From NCBI GenBank assembly GCA_965197905.1, contig CBDAOB010000003.1, positions 288,001 through 352,000 of the forward strand: DNA of 64,000 bases, given 5' to 3'. The notes beneath the pieces were generated by a model, which saw only the letters and a list, made by a program, of their open reading frames with translations, did not search any database and was not told the DNA's origin. Below, piece after piece: positions 21,439-30,952 of this stretch. This DNA is from Candidatus Latescibacterota bacterium. Lineage in GTDB: Bacteria > Latescibacterota > UBA2968 > UBA8231. The translations under genes were made by a program, and so were the position numbers. Numbering within the stretch: the stretch's first letter is position 1; each line of letters starts with the position of its first letter.

Positions 21439-22446
21439 TTACGGCTCTGAGGTAGAACTCGAAGGTAAGACTTCGGTATTTAGAGCAGGGTCCCAATATT
21501 TCCAGAGATCTCGCGGCACGTCGTATCGCTTGAGCCTCCGGCCTGGGTGACCCGGCGGTAGAAAGCCTGTCGCCGATTGCCCGTCTGGCTCCACCGGGGT
21601 GGTGCCAGCGTGCTTGGGGTTACCCTTGGGCTGTGATGGTAGCGGCGGGGGCGACCATGGCGTGCCATCCTTGTCAGGAAACATGACCATTGGTGCCTGC
21701 TGGCGCATTTCTCTGTGAGCGTACCGTGCAAACTGCGCCACCCGCGGTTGCCGCGACCCCGCCGCGTTAGCCGACCCGATGTGCGTAGTGAGGCCGTGGA
21801 ACAGCATGGCGTCGCCCGCTCGCCCCGTCATGCATACTACCTCGCCCACACTGGTGTCCCCCTCTAGGAGCGCCCGGTGCCCGCCGCTCCGCACGGGCTC
21901 TGTAAAGAGGTACGAGCCATCGAATTGCTCGGGGTGCTCGAGGAAGTACCGGTGGTTCGCCAGGTGCGATCTTGGCCAGTAGGCCGTGCCTCCGCCCGTA
22001 GGGCTGCTCACGTCCCAGAGCAACACGGCGAAAAACGCCATGAACCCACCGCCCCAGCCTTTCGCGTACCCATCGAGGTGACCGTCGACCGGGGGAGTCC
22101 ACTCCGTGCCCGGGGCGTTAGGCAGGATCACCCGCGTCATCGGCACCTGCGACGTCCACGGCTGCCCCGCTGGGTGGGAGGGGGCAAAGGCGCCGCCACC
22201 GATCTGCTCCACGATGGACTGCAGGCTCGGTAAATCATACAGGTTGGGGCTGAGCTCGGGCCAGCCACCCGCGGGTGCGTACCGCCCGGCGGGCCAGGTG
22301 TTGGGGTCGTCGAGGTCGATGCTGTCGGAGCAAGCGAGGCGTATATGGGCCTGCCACCCCACAATCACATTAGGAGGCACCAATCCCGGAATCGCGAGCG
22401 CCCCCTCTGATTTGAACTCATCCAGCTGCGCCGGCGACAGCAGCAT
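21439..22446 (-). CDS. PhyH-like dioxygenase
   Basis: GHLDG, GGTAYWPRSH, RAGDAMLFH..THIG. Confidence 0.75.
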   Translation of the reverse strand: MLLSPAQLDEFKSEGALAIPGLVPPNVIVGWQAHIRLACSDSIDLDDPNTWPAGRYAPAGGWPELSPNLYDLPSLQSIVEQIGGGAFAPSHPAGQPWTSQVPMTRVILPNAPGTEWTPPVDGHLDGYAKGWGGGFMAFFAVLLWDVSSPTGGGTAYWPRSHLANHRYFLEHPEQFDGSYLFTEPVRSGGHRALLEGDTSVGEVVCMTGRAGDAMLFHGLTTHIGSANAAGSRQPRVAQFARYAHREMRQQAPMVMFPDKDGTPWSPPPLPSQPKGNPKHAGTTPVEPDGQSATGFLPPGHPGRRLKRYDVPRDLWKYWDPALNTEVLPSSSTSEP

Positions 22447-22509
22447 GCTCGTCCCTGAGCCGGGACCGCAACTTTTTTTGATTGACTCATTATACCCTTA
22501 CTTGTCGTC

Positions 22510-22596
22510 TAACGTTCTCGCCGTGCCCGAACCGCGAAAGCGGTTCCGCGAAGGGCGAACGCCCGAAGCCGGGCACGGACGTGTCGTATGTTGTTA
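22510..22596 (-). repeat. attC-like site (family A); unoccupied copy of the target of the intron at 60603-61429
   Basis: taacgttctcgccgtgcccgaaccgcgaaagcggtt...gaagccgggcacgg. Confidence 0.8.
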
Positions 22597-22630
22597 CCTG
22601 AAGTTGTGGCCGGGGAGGCTGGGAGGGATC

Positions 22631-22951
22631 TTAGCTATCGACTCCCAGACTGAGCTTGCAGGGTTCAATGGCGTCCAGTTCCTGCGCTTCAGACTGAGTG
22701 GCGTGATACAGATCCCATCTAAGTTGTAGATTAAGCCAAAACGCGGGCGAGACATCGAAATACTTCGACAAGCGCAGTGCCGTGCTTGGCGTGATTCCCC
22801 GCTTACCATTCACCAGTTCATTCACGCGTTGGTATGGTACTCGAATGGCGGTGGCCAACTCACGTTGAGTCAGTTCTAACGGATCCAGAAACTCACGTAC
22901 GAGCATCTCACCAGGATGGGTCGGAACACGATGGGTAGGAATACGTACCAT
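22631..22951 (-). CDS. higA: HigA antitoxin (second copy)
   Basis: THPGEML, RVNELVNGKRGITPSTALRL, FWLNLQ; AAGGAGG RBS. Confidence 0.92.
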   Translation of the reverse strand: MVRIPTHRVPTHPGEMLVREFLDPLELTQRELATAIRVPYQRVNELVNGKRGITPSTALRLSKYFDVSPAFWLNLQLRWDLYHATQSEAQELDAIEPCKLSLGVDS

Positions 22952-22972
22952 AGCAGCCTCCTTTACCACAAA

Positions 22973-23548
22973 CTAGTGGTAATCGACAATCTCGACGTTT
23001 TTGGGACCTAGGTCGGACCAAACAAAGCAGATCCGGTACTGGTCATTGATGCGAATGCTGCACTGGCCAGCCCGCTTTCCATGCAGAACCTCGAAATGGT
23101 TCCCTGGAGGGCTGCGAAGGTCTCCAGGATGCCGATCGGATGACGCGGCTCGTTCGCTGAATCGGTCAAACAGAACCTCGAAGTCTGCAGTTACGACAAT
23201 TTGGATACAATTAAACGGGAATCTCTTTTAGATCTCACGCAATCTAGGCCCATCGATGCTGGGCACGAAAGCGGTCTCGACAACTACCGAAACACCGGAC
23301 GCTAGCTGCACCTCGAAGAGTCGGTACATCACTTCAAAGGAAGTACCGCCGACCTTTTTGGACCATTCCCGATCAGACCAACCAAGACCGTCGAAAACAA
23401 CGTCCTTGATATCATCCTTGACCAACAGCGGCAGTGATAGAGCCTTTGAGATCTTCCTCGCAAGTGTGGTTTTTCCAGCTCCCGGTGGACCTGTTATGAC
23501 AATAACATTTGGAATCAATTTATCATCGCCTGAGTGTATCTTGTGCAT
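22973..23548 (-). pseudogene. P-loop (AAA_33-like) kinase N-part fused in frame to a HigB C-part, with an internal stop
   Basis: GPPGAGKTT...REI*KRF...RHPGD|LRSPPGNHFE...SIRINDQYRICF...VDYH*. Confidence 0.8.
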
Positions 23549-23554
23549 TTCCTA

Positions 23555-23643
23555 TAACGTTTCACCGATTGCCGAACTCGCCGATAGGCGAGTTGCCGAC
23601 AGGCCAAGGCGGCGAAGCCGCCGTAGCGGCAAACGAGTTGTTA
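23555..23643 (-). repeat. attC-like site (family B)
   Basis: taacg...aactcgccgataggcgagtt...cggcaaacgagttgtta. Confidence 0.8.
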
Positions 23644-23742
23644 AATGACGTGGGACATTGCGCCCCATGACACTCAACATCAGCTCTTTGTCTCTCAAGT
23701 GCATGAAGAGAGTCGATAAAATTCCGGAATGCAAGCGCCTCT

Positions 23743-24258
23743 TCAGTGCGCAGCGTCCTGCATGGATTTAAGGGTACGTCGAATGAAGGTCCGAGCTGTT
23801 CGGTATTGCCGAGCCGTGTTTAGAGCAATCAACTGACATGCCGGACATTTTACTGTCCGGCTAAGGACGCCTGGTTTGCACAGCTCCCGGTCCGACAACT
23901 CGGCAATTAGCACCAGCACATTACGAAAGGCTTTGTCGAGTCGCCTTTTGACGCTAAGATATGACTCTCGCTTGGCCCGGCGCGCGATGCCGGCATTCAG
24001 TCTGGGCGTTTCGTTCCACTTGAAACCTGGAGCAGGAAGATCCAACTCTCCTCCGTCTCGTGCGGTGCGAATCCATGACACGACGGCCTCGCTCCACCAA
24101 CAACGCAGGGCAAGCACCTCCCTAACAGTCCAGTCGTCGACGCAAACAACATTTCCCAGTCTCGGGCCACCTTCGGCGAGTTCGGACTGCAATTCTCCGT
24201 ATCCGGTTTTTACAACATCCAGGAGCTGCTTTCGTGTGCGCGGCACCGTTGACGGCAT
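23743..24258 (-). CDS. ClbS/DfsB (DUF1706)-like four-helix-bundle protein
   Basis: PRTRKQLL, PAPGFKWNE..RLN, NT..QY. Confidence 0.75.
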   Translation of the reverse strand: MPSTVPRTRKQLLDVVKTGYGELQSELAEGGPRLGNVVCVDDWTVREVLALRCWWSEAVVSWIRTARDGGELDLPAPGFKWNETPRLNAGIARRAKRESYLSVKRRLDKAFRNVLVLIAELSDRELCKPGVLSRTVKCPACQLIALNTARQYRTARTFIRRTLKSMQDAAH

Positions 24259-24285
24259 AGAGCAATCTCCACAACCCATGTCATT

Positions 24286-24369
24286 TAACGTTCTACCGAT
24301 TCCCGAACCTGCGAAGCAGGTTGCCAAAGGCCAAGCCGCGGAGGCGGCGCAGCGGCAAACGCGTTGTTA
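24286..24369 (-). repeat. attC-like site (family B)
   Basis: taacgttct...aacctgcgaagcaggtt...cgcgttgtta. Confidence 0.82.
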
Positions 24370-24401
24370 AATGACGTGAACATCAAAAACCGTTCGCCCC
24401 G

Positions 24402-24962
24402 TTAGCGACCTAGTTCTCCAAGTAGCTTTTTGTGAACTGCCTGAACTATGTAGCGCATGGTGATCAACGCCACTATGATGCCGAGTACCTTGCTCACGTT
24501 GGCAGCAATGCCTGTCCAGAATTGCTTTTGAGCATACTCTTGGACGGTGCGTAAGTTCAACGTGCGTCCGGCTGCGTCTATTATTGTTATGCTTCCTGCT
24601 TCAAGGCCCTCGACGCCGGATGCGACTTGGTCGGCAATCGCTGCAACCTGCACCTCCGAGAGTGGCGAAGCGGAGGTAACGGTGACCGAGGCTTCACGAT
24701 GGCCCCCAGAGCTCGTTATTGGCGTTGAGAGCTGGACTTTGGCCGCCGAGACTCCGTCAATGGCAACGACGCTCGCAGCCAATTTTGCTTCGAGTTGCTG
24801 TTGCGCCGCTACAACAGCTCGAAGTTCCTCTGCCGATAACGGCGCGTCTGCCTTCGGCATTATCTCTGGGAGTACGTCATAGCCAAGGTACATGCCGACC
24901 AGCGCACCTGCGACTACGTACATAATCGCAGGATATTTCGTGAGTGCCTCTTTCGGTTTCAT
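24402..24962 (-). CDS. Small FliF/YscJ ring-domain membrane protein
   Basis: TM - IDGVSAAKVQL...ASVTV...VASGVEGL....ITIIDAAGRTL - TM. Confidence 0.75.
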   Translation of the reverse strand: MKPKEALTKYPAIMYVVAGALVGMYLGYDVLPEIMPKADAPLSAEELRAVVAAQQQLEAKLAASVVAIDGVSAAKVQLSTPITSSGGHREASVTVTSASPLSEVQVAAIADQVASGVEGLEAGSITIIDAAGRTLNLRTVQEYAQKQFWTGIAANVSKVLGIIVALITMRYIVQAVHKKLLGELGR

Positions 24963-25012
24963 GTTTCCCTCCATGTGACCGAATCTGGGCGTACCATCCG
25001 ATTCATGTCATT

Positions 25013-25090
25013 TAACGTTCTCGCCGTGCCCGAACCGCGAATGCGGTTGCGCGAAGGGCGAATGCCCGAAGCCGGGCCACGGGCATGTTA
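25013..25090 (-). repeat. attC-like site (family A)
   Basis: taacgttctcgccgtgcccgaaccgcgaatgcggtt...catgtta. Confidence 0.85.
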
Positions 25091-25127
25091 AGTGACGTGG
25101 GACCTACTTCTTGCTTGGTTTCTCGTC

Positions 25128-25997
25128 TTACGAAATCCCTACTTTTGATAAGAGGTTCGTCGCTTTGTCAGTCAGCACATTGATGTCATATCGCAGTGCA
25201 GTTGGGTCCTTGAGTTCGTTTGTTTGTCTCAACGTGTCAATTTGGACAAGTCGCTTGGCTTGCAAAATCGAATTCGGTTCATCCCGAATGAATTCACAAA
25301 CGAACCTAGGCAAAAAGTCGACGTCGCCGTTGGTTTCAAGAACGCTATCGACACAGCCAAATTCGTCTATGAGACGTTTCGCCCGCTTTGGTCCGACCCC
25401 AGGAATGCCTCTGATGTTGTCAGTAGGATCGCCCTTCAGCGCGAGATAATCGGCATAGCAGTATGGTGCAACACCAATCTGCTGAAATATGCGATTGGAA
25501 TCATACACTTCCATGAGGCCGTTAACGTAGCGGGCAACAGCCACTCTATCCTCCACAAGTTGCAGGAAATCATTGTCATTCGAACAGATAAATACGAAAA
25601 GGCCACGCTCAACGAGTGATTTGGCAGCGCTGCCGATTTGATCATCAGCCTCGCAGTCTGGAGGTTCCACGTACGCGACGTTCGCGAGGTCCAGAATCTG
25701 TTTGATCACAGGCAGTTGAAGAAACATCCCTGTGTCCTCATTCACTCGATTGGCCTTGTAATCAGAGGATATTGCCAATCTACCGTCACATCCGGTTTCG
25801 GAGTCGAAGACAACCATCATGTGCGTCGGCTCCAAGTCTCTGCACACGGAGCGGAGTATTGCCAAAAAACCGTACACCGCATTGACTTGGACGCCTCCCT
25901 TTGTGCGGGCGGCCGCAGGGACACCGAAATACGACCGATAAAGGAAATTGTGACCATCTATTAGAACAACTCTATCGTGAGTACCCACGCTTACCAC
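25128..25997 (-). CDS. Stand-alone 5'-3' exonuclease / flap endonuclease (Pol I N-terminal-like)
   Basis: LIDGHNFLYR, YKANR, EADD, SNDNDFLQL, GDPTDNIRGIPGVG. Confidence 0.92.
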   Translation of the reverse strand: MVSVGTHDRVVLIDGHNFLYRSYFGVPAAARTKGGVQVNAVYGFLAILRSVCRDLEPTHMMVVFDSETGCDGRLAISSDYKANRVNEDTGMFLQLPVIKQILDLANVAYVEPPDCEADDQIGSAAKSLVERGLFVFICSNDNDFLQLVEDRVAVARYVNGLMEVYDSNRIFQQIGVAPYCYADYLALKGDPTDNIRGIPGVGPKRAKRLIDEFGCVDSVLETNGDVDFLPRFVCEFIRDEPNSILQAKRLVQIDTLRQTNELKDPTALRYDINVLTDKATNLLSKVGIS

Positions 25998-26153
25998 GCC
26001 GTTATATTTCTTCCCATGTCACTTAACGTTCTTCGTGTCCCCGAAGAGCTATAATCAAAAGGTGTGGAAATACACAGAAGGCGATCCTACCCTTCCTTTG
26101 TAATTAGACATTACACGCGCCGGGGCTGTCCCGGCAGGAAGAGGAGAATCGCC

Positions 26154-29100
26154 ATGCCACAACCTAAGCTGAGCACCGCGGAAATGTCCATGCCCACGTT
26201 CGAAACGTTGGAAGCGTGGACGCGGTCGCAGATTCAGTCTTTGATGCAGTCGGTTTTGGATGAAGAAGTGACGCAGGTGCTGGGGCGGTCGCGCTACCAG
26301 CGTCAGGCCCCGTTGGACGCACCCGGCGGCTATCGAAATGGCTACGGGAAGCGGCGGCGACTGTCCTGTACCTCGGGCACGATCGAGGTAAAACGTCCAC
26401 GCGTGCGAGGTCTGGAAGAGCGCTTCGAGAGCGCCATTCTGCCGCTGTTTGCGCGGCGTACGAAGGAGGTGGGTCAGCTGTTGCCGGAACTGTATCTGCA
26501 CGGTCTGTCCCAAGGCGACTTCGAGCTGGCGCTGCGCGGCCTGCTGGGAGCGGGAGCGCCGCTGTCGCCGTCCTCAATCGCGCGTTTGCGGGATAAGTGG
26601 ATCGTCGAATACCACGCCTGGCGCAGCCGACGGCTGGATGACCGCGAGCTGGTGTACGCCTGGGCCGACGGGATCGTGCGCCACGAGGCGCCAGAGAACC
26701 GGGTGGGATGCAAGGACCCACCAACGGGCTGTCGCAGCAGCCCGTTGAAGCTGGAGGCAGCCTGACCCTGGGAGCGCAGGGGAAGGTGGAAGCAGCCTCG
26801 ACAACGACAGAGTGGAGTGGCACCTCCAGACACTCCACGTCTGGCAAGCAAGACGGAATGGTGTAACCCGAAGTGAACCAGTGATGGAACCCCCTTTAGC
26901 GGCCCGCCAACCCAAACCTGGTGGATAAGGGTTGGTACGCAACGCACGTGGTCGGATATATGACCGACTGCGACTCTGGGGAGGTGTGATACCCACCGAA
27001 GCAGAGGCCTTGGAGAATGCCTGCGGCGTACCCAAGGCGAAGTTGCAGGGGAAAAGCTGGGCACCTCCCCCGTCAAACGGTTCATGGTGAACGTGGGAAC
27101 CGAGCCGAGTCCGACCGTTATCGGGGCAGCGCGCTGTCCGCTGTGGGGCTTGGCAAGGGACGGAGCCTCTGTAGTAGTCCGCGAGCGGGAAAGCCGCTTA
27201 CATGGCGAAGGGAGGCAGCAAGTTGCGCAGTGGGGTACTGGAAAAACAGGAGGACGCCGGTGAATGCCAGCGCTTCGTGGCCCGAGGCAGAACAAGCCCG
27301 TAATCGAGTACTGGAAATCCAGACCAAACTGCACCGTTGGGCTGTAGAGGATCGAAGCAAGTGCTTCGACGACCTGTTCAACCTGGTGTGTGACCCGGCG
27401 TTTTTGAGTGTAGCCTGGCGTCGGGTGCGCAGCAACAAGGGTGCTCGTTCGGCCGGAGTGGACGGACAAACGGCCTACTCTGTGGAGACGGAACGCGGCG
27501 AGGAGGCCTTTCTCGCCGAGGTGCGGGTTGATCTGAAGACCCGCAGTTTCCGGCCTCTGCCCGTACGCGAGCGGTTGATTCCGAAACCTGGCACAACGAA
27601 GAAGCGCCGGCTCGGCATCCCAACCGCTCGGGACCGAGTGGTCCAAGCCGCACTCAAGCTGGTGCTCGAACCGATCTTCGAAGCGGACTTCAAGCCGTGC
27701 TCCTACGGCTTCCGCCCGAATCGGCGGGCTCAGGACGCCATCGCCGAGATTCATCAATTCTGCTCCCGCTCTTATGAGTGGGTGGTGGAGGGCGATATCC
27801 GTGCTTGTTTCGATGAGATTGATCACGCAGCCCTCTTGGACCGCGTGCGTCGACGTATCGGTGATAAGCATGTTCTGAGGCTTGTAAAAGCGTTCTGCAA
27901 GGCCGGTGTCCTCACGGAACAATCGGTGTTGCAAGAAAGCACTTCGGGCACTCCGCAAGGCGGTATTCTCTCACCGCTGGTGGCAAATATCGCCTTATCC
28001 GTCCTCGACGATTATTTCACTGAGGTCTGGAGAAAGGTGGGCGCTACCTCCAGTGCGCGACAAGCGCATCGGCGAAAGGGGCTACCGACTTGTCGGCTTG
28101 TCCGTTACGCTGACGATTTCGTGCTGCTGGTGGCGGGCACCGAAGCTGCAGCGTATGACCTGCGCGACCAAGCGGGGGTGACTCTCACCCCCATGGGTCT
28201 GCACCTGTCGGAGACGAAGACCGCCATCACGCACATCAGCCGTGGCTTCGATTTCCTGGGTTTTCGCATTCAGAAGCGACGGAAACCGGGCCCGGTTGGC
28301 GCACGCATCTATACGTGGCCAAGAAAGGAATCTCTGGCCCGGTTGAAGAGCACGGTGCGCGCAGTCACGAGAACGGGTCGGCAGAGGCCGTTGAAGAGCC
28401 TTCTGCGCCAACTCAATCCGGTGTTGCGGGGGTGGGCCAACTACTTTCAGTACGGGGTGTCGAAGGCCACTTTCAACTACGTGCGGGGCTTCACTTGGCG
28501 CCGCGTAGTGCATTGGCTGCGCCGCAAGCACCCGCGCTTTAATTGGAGGAAGCTGAAACGCCGCTACCTGCCAGGATGGTGGCCCACCGAGGACGGGATT
28601 GCTCTTTACAACGTCGGCGAAGTAGCAGTGACTCGTTACCGCTATCGATCGGCGCGGATCCCTTCTCCCTGGCCTGCGACAACCGGATGAGACTCTGCGG
28701 TCACACGGCACCTTGTGGAGAGCCGGATGCGTGGTAACGCGCACGTCCGGTTCGGAGGGCGGGCCGGAGAAACCCACATCACGCGTGTGGCGCAGGGCGC
28801 TCCGGTCCGACCCTACTACGTCAAAGCCGGGCTCGAGAAAGAAAAGGCCGCTCTCCTGGTGGTCATCGGCGCCATGAGCGATGGGCGCAAGGAAGTCTTG
28901 ACGATTGTCCCAGGCTATCGCGAATCGAAGGAGTCGTGGACGAGCGTGCTGCGCGATTTGCGTGACCGCGGACTGAGCGCGGCGAAGTTGTTGGTGGCGG
29001 ATGGGCACCTGGGTATTTGGGCCGCCCTGGCGCAGGTCTGGCCGGAGACGGCGGAACAGCGGTGCTGGAATCACCGCCTCCTGAACGTGTTGGATAAGCT

Positions 29101-29533
29101 GCCTAAACGCGTGCAGGCCGAAGCGCGGCAACTGCTGACACAGATCCCCTACGCGCCGACCCGTCAAGACGCGACCAAACGCCGCGATCAATTCGCCAAA
29201 CGATTCCACCGCGAATGCCCAGACGCCGTAGATATCCTCGAGCGCGATTGGGACCGTATGGTGGCATTCTACGACTTTCCCGAGGCCCACTGGCAACACC
29301 TGCGCACTACCAACGTCGTTGAAAGTCCCTTCGCTTCGGTACGGCTGCGAACCAATGCGGCCAAGCGCTACAAGAAGGTGGCCAATGCCACCGCCCTCAT
29401 ATGGCGGGTACTGATGGTGGCCGAGAAACGATTTCGCCGACTCCGTGCACCGCATCTTATGGCTGACGTGTACGCCAATGTGCGCTACGAAAATGGATCA
29501 CACATCGCGCAAAGGAAGAAGATTGCCGCCTGA
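26154..29533 (+). CDS. IS256 transposase, exons 26154-26675 and 28817-29533
   Basis: RNGY, PRVR, YLHGLS; the spliced junction reads WADGI|YVKAG; QRCWNH, RTTNVVES. Confidence 0.92.
26676..28816 (+). mobile_element. Group II intron with RT/maturase ORF
   Basis: GUGCG at 26676; domain V gagagccggatgcgtggtaacgcgcacgtccggttcgg; ends cccuAC at 28816. Confidence 0.95.
27260..28690 (+). CDS. ltrA: Group II intron reverse transcriptase/maturase (no HNH endonuclease domain)
   Basis: RRLGIP..RDRVVQ, SYGFRP, GTPQGGILSP, RYADD, FDFLGF, LRGWANYF; AGGAGG before GTG at 27260. Confidence 0.95.
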   Translation: MNASASWPEAEQARNRVLEIQTKLHRWAVEDRSKCFDDLFNLVCDPAFLSVAWRRVRSNKGARSAGVDGQTAYSVETERGEEAFLAEVRVDLKTRSFRPLPVRERLIPKPGTTKKRRLGIPTARDRVVQAALKLVLEPIFEADFKPCSYGFRPNRRAQDAIAEIHQFCSRSYEWVVEGDIRACFDEIDHAALLDRVRRRIGDKHVLRLVKAFCKAGVLTEQSVLQESTSGTPQGGILSPLVANIALSVLDDYFTEVWRKVGATSSARQAHRRKGLPTCRLVRYADDFVLLVAGTEAAAYDLRDQAGVTLTPMGLHLSETKTAITHISRGFDFLGFRIQKRRKPGPVGARIYTWPRKESLARLKSTVRAVTRTGRQRPLKSLLRQLNPVLRGWANYFQYGVSKATFNYVRGFTWRRVVHWLRRKHPRFNWRKLKRRYLPGWWPTEDGIALYNVGEVAVTRYRYRSARIPSPWPATTG

Positions 29534-29562
29534 GTCGTTTACACACCATTTGACCCAAGCTC

Positions 29563-29697
29563 GATGCTCTTGTTCAGAAGGACGTAGTGCCTGATATCGC
29601 GCCTTGCAGAATCGTCGTACGAATCGAAAGCCGCCACCTGTCCGTCCGAAAGCGCGTCGTGTTCACCTTGGCCGCAGAGTACTGTTATCCTGTCCAT
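29563..29697 (-). pseudogene. 5' stub of a cassette gene truncated at the IS256 right end
   Basis: MDRITVLCGQGEH...LNKSI runs into the IR with no stop. Confidence 0.5.
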
Positions 29698-29711
29698 TTT
29701 CTTCTGTTGGT

Positions 29712-29785
29712 CAACGTTTTACCGTACCCGAACCCCGAAACGGCTGCGCAAAGGGGCCCGAAGTCGGGCACCGGACGTGCCATGA
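29712..29785 (-). repeat. Degenerate attC-like site (family A)
   Basis: caacgttttaccgtacccgaacc...gaagtcgggcaccggacgtg. Confidence 0.65.
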
Positions 29786-29936
29786 TAGCTGGCGCGGCTG
29801 CTTTCACGGCGAAGCTTCAGAGGGCCACATACAGCACGCACCTTTTCCGCACAGCGATTCTTACTCAATCCAAATTACCCAAAACAATACGTCAATGGGT
29901 AGGAGAATTCTAGCAGAGACCTTGGACAAGAGAGTC

Positions 29937-29976
29937 TTGACAAATGAATTCCATCTGTTATAGTCAGATATAACAG
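29937..29976 (+). promoter_or_regulatory. Sigma70-type promoter overlapped by a palindromic operator
   Basis: TTGACA-16 bp-TATAGT with upstream TG; inverted repeat CTGTTATA-n6-TATAACAG at 29955-29976. Confidence 0.7.
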
Positions 29977-29998
29977 TGTGTCAGTTTGATTAAGTGGA

Positions 29999-30937
29999 AT
30001 GATGCGATTTACAGTCGATCAAGATTCCGGAACCTCGATTTATCTTCAGCTCAAAGACCAGATCCTGTATGCCATTTCTGTAGGGGAACTCCGCCCAGGC
30101 GATGCCTTGCCGTCCATTCGTAAACTGGAAGCAGAGCTCGGTGTGAACCGGAATACCGTTCGCCGAGCCTACCAGGAGCTTCAGAGCGAAGGGACACTGA
30201 CCATCCGGCAAGGAAGGAAGGCCGAGGTCGCCGCAAAGCCTCCTCGATCCCGGCAGCGTACGTCCGGGTCGCGGGCGGAGCTGCTTGCCCACCGAATGGT
30301 TCGGGACGCCGAGGCGGAGGGATGTGACGGTATCGGGTTTATCTCGGTCTTCGAGCAGGCTGCCGCCGATCACGATACACGTTATCCCAAGTGCGTCTTC
30401 ATCGAATGTAGTCAATACCAGGCGGACGACTTCGCGGGCGTAACGGGTACGGTCTGGGGCCGCCGCGTAGTTGGGATTGATCTTAATCGGCTGCACGAGG
30501 ATGTGGAGTTGCTCCCACCTTCAACCCGATATGTGCTGACCACTCATTGGCACCTCGCGCAAGTTCAGCGGCTTTTAAGGCGACGGGTCAAAGGCGTTCA
30601 AGACGTGAAGGTGCAACTTTCCCAGACTTTCTACGAGGGCGTTCGCCGGGTGAGGGGACTGAAGACGGGTCTGATCCTGCGGGACGCCGAGTCCATTGCA
30701 GGGTACAGGGAGCTGGTCCGGCAACATGGAAAGGTCAAGGGTGACGTACCGGTGGCTCTGATGGGTGAACCGGTTGCCCGGACACTGATGGATACCCTTG
30801 AAGGGGTGATTTACACCACGCCCTGCAGAGGCTTTGTAGCCGAGAATGCGCCGTCACATCTCGTCATGCAGGAATTGCTGTACGAGCCTATTCCCGACGA
30901 TCTCGTTCGCGTAAAAGAAGACATATTTCACGTATGA
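29999..30937 (+). CDS. GntR-family (YtrA-like HTH) regulator
   Basis: IYLQLKDQI, LPSIRKL...LGVNRNTVRRAYQEL. Confidence 0.9.
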   Translation: MMRFTVDQDSGTSIYLQLKDQILYAISVGELRPGDALPSIRKLEAELGVNRNTVRRAYQELQSEGTLTIRQGRKAEVAAKPPRSRQRTSGSRAELLAHRMVRDAEAEGCDGIGFISVFEQAAADHDTRYPKCVFIECSQYQADDFAGVTGTVWGRRVVGIDLNRLHEDVELLPPSTRYVLTTHWHLAQVQRLLRRRVKGVQDVKVQLSQTFYEGVRRVRGLKTGLILRDAESIAGYRELVRQHGKVKGDVPVALMGEPVARTLMDTLEGVIYTTPCRGFVAENAPSHLVMQELLYEPIPDDLVRVKEDIFHV

Positions 30938-30952
30938 CAGAGGGAGCTTGGG

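Larger units (their letters stand above)
26046..29562 (+). mobile_element. IS256-family element interrupted by a group II intron
   Basis: Imperfect IRs gagctataatcaaaaggtgtggaaa / gagcttgggtcaaatggtgtgtaaa (reverse complement); no target-site duplication. Confidence 0.9.

Noticed and set aside
23636..23650. ttgttaaat as a XerD arm of a pdif site
   Set aside because: No XerC arm at 6-bp spacing, and the motif varies with each cassette.
27260..28690. RT as a retron, DGR or defence RT
   Set aside because: It lies within clear group II intron boundaries with domain V/VI and has a maturase domain.
26474..29455. Long minus-strand ORFs (494 aa, 457 aa), and similarly 15722-16687
   Set aside because: Antisense shadows of the RT, transposase and sulfatase in GC-rich DNA.
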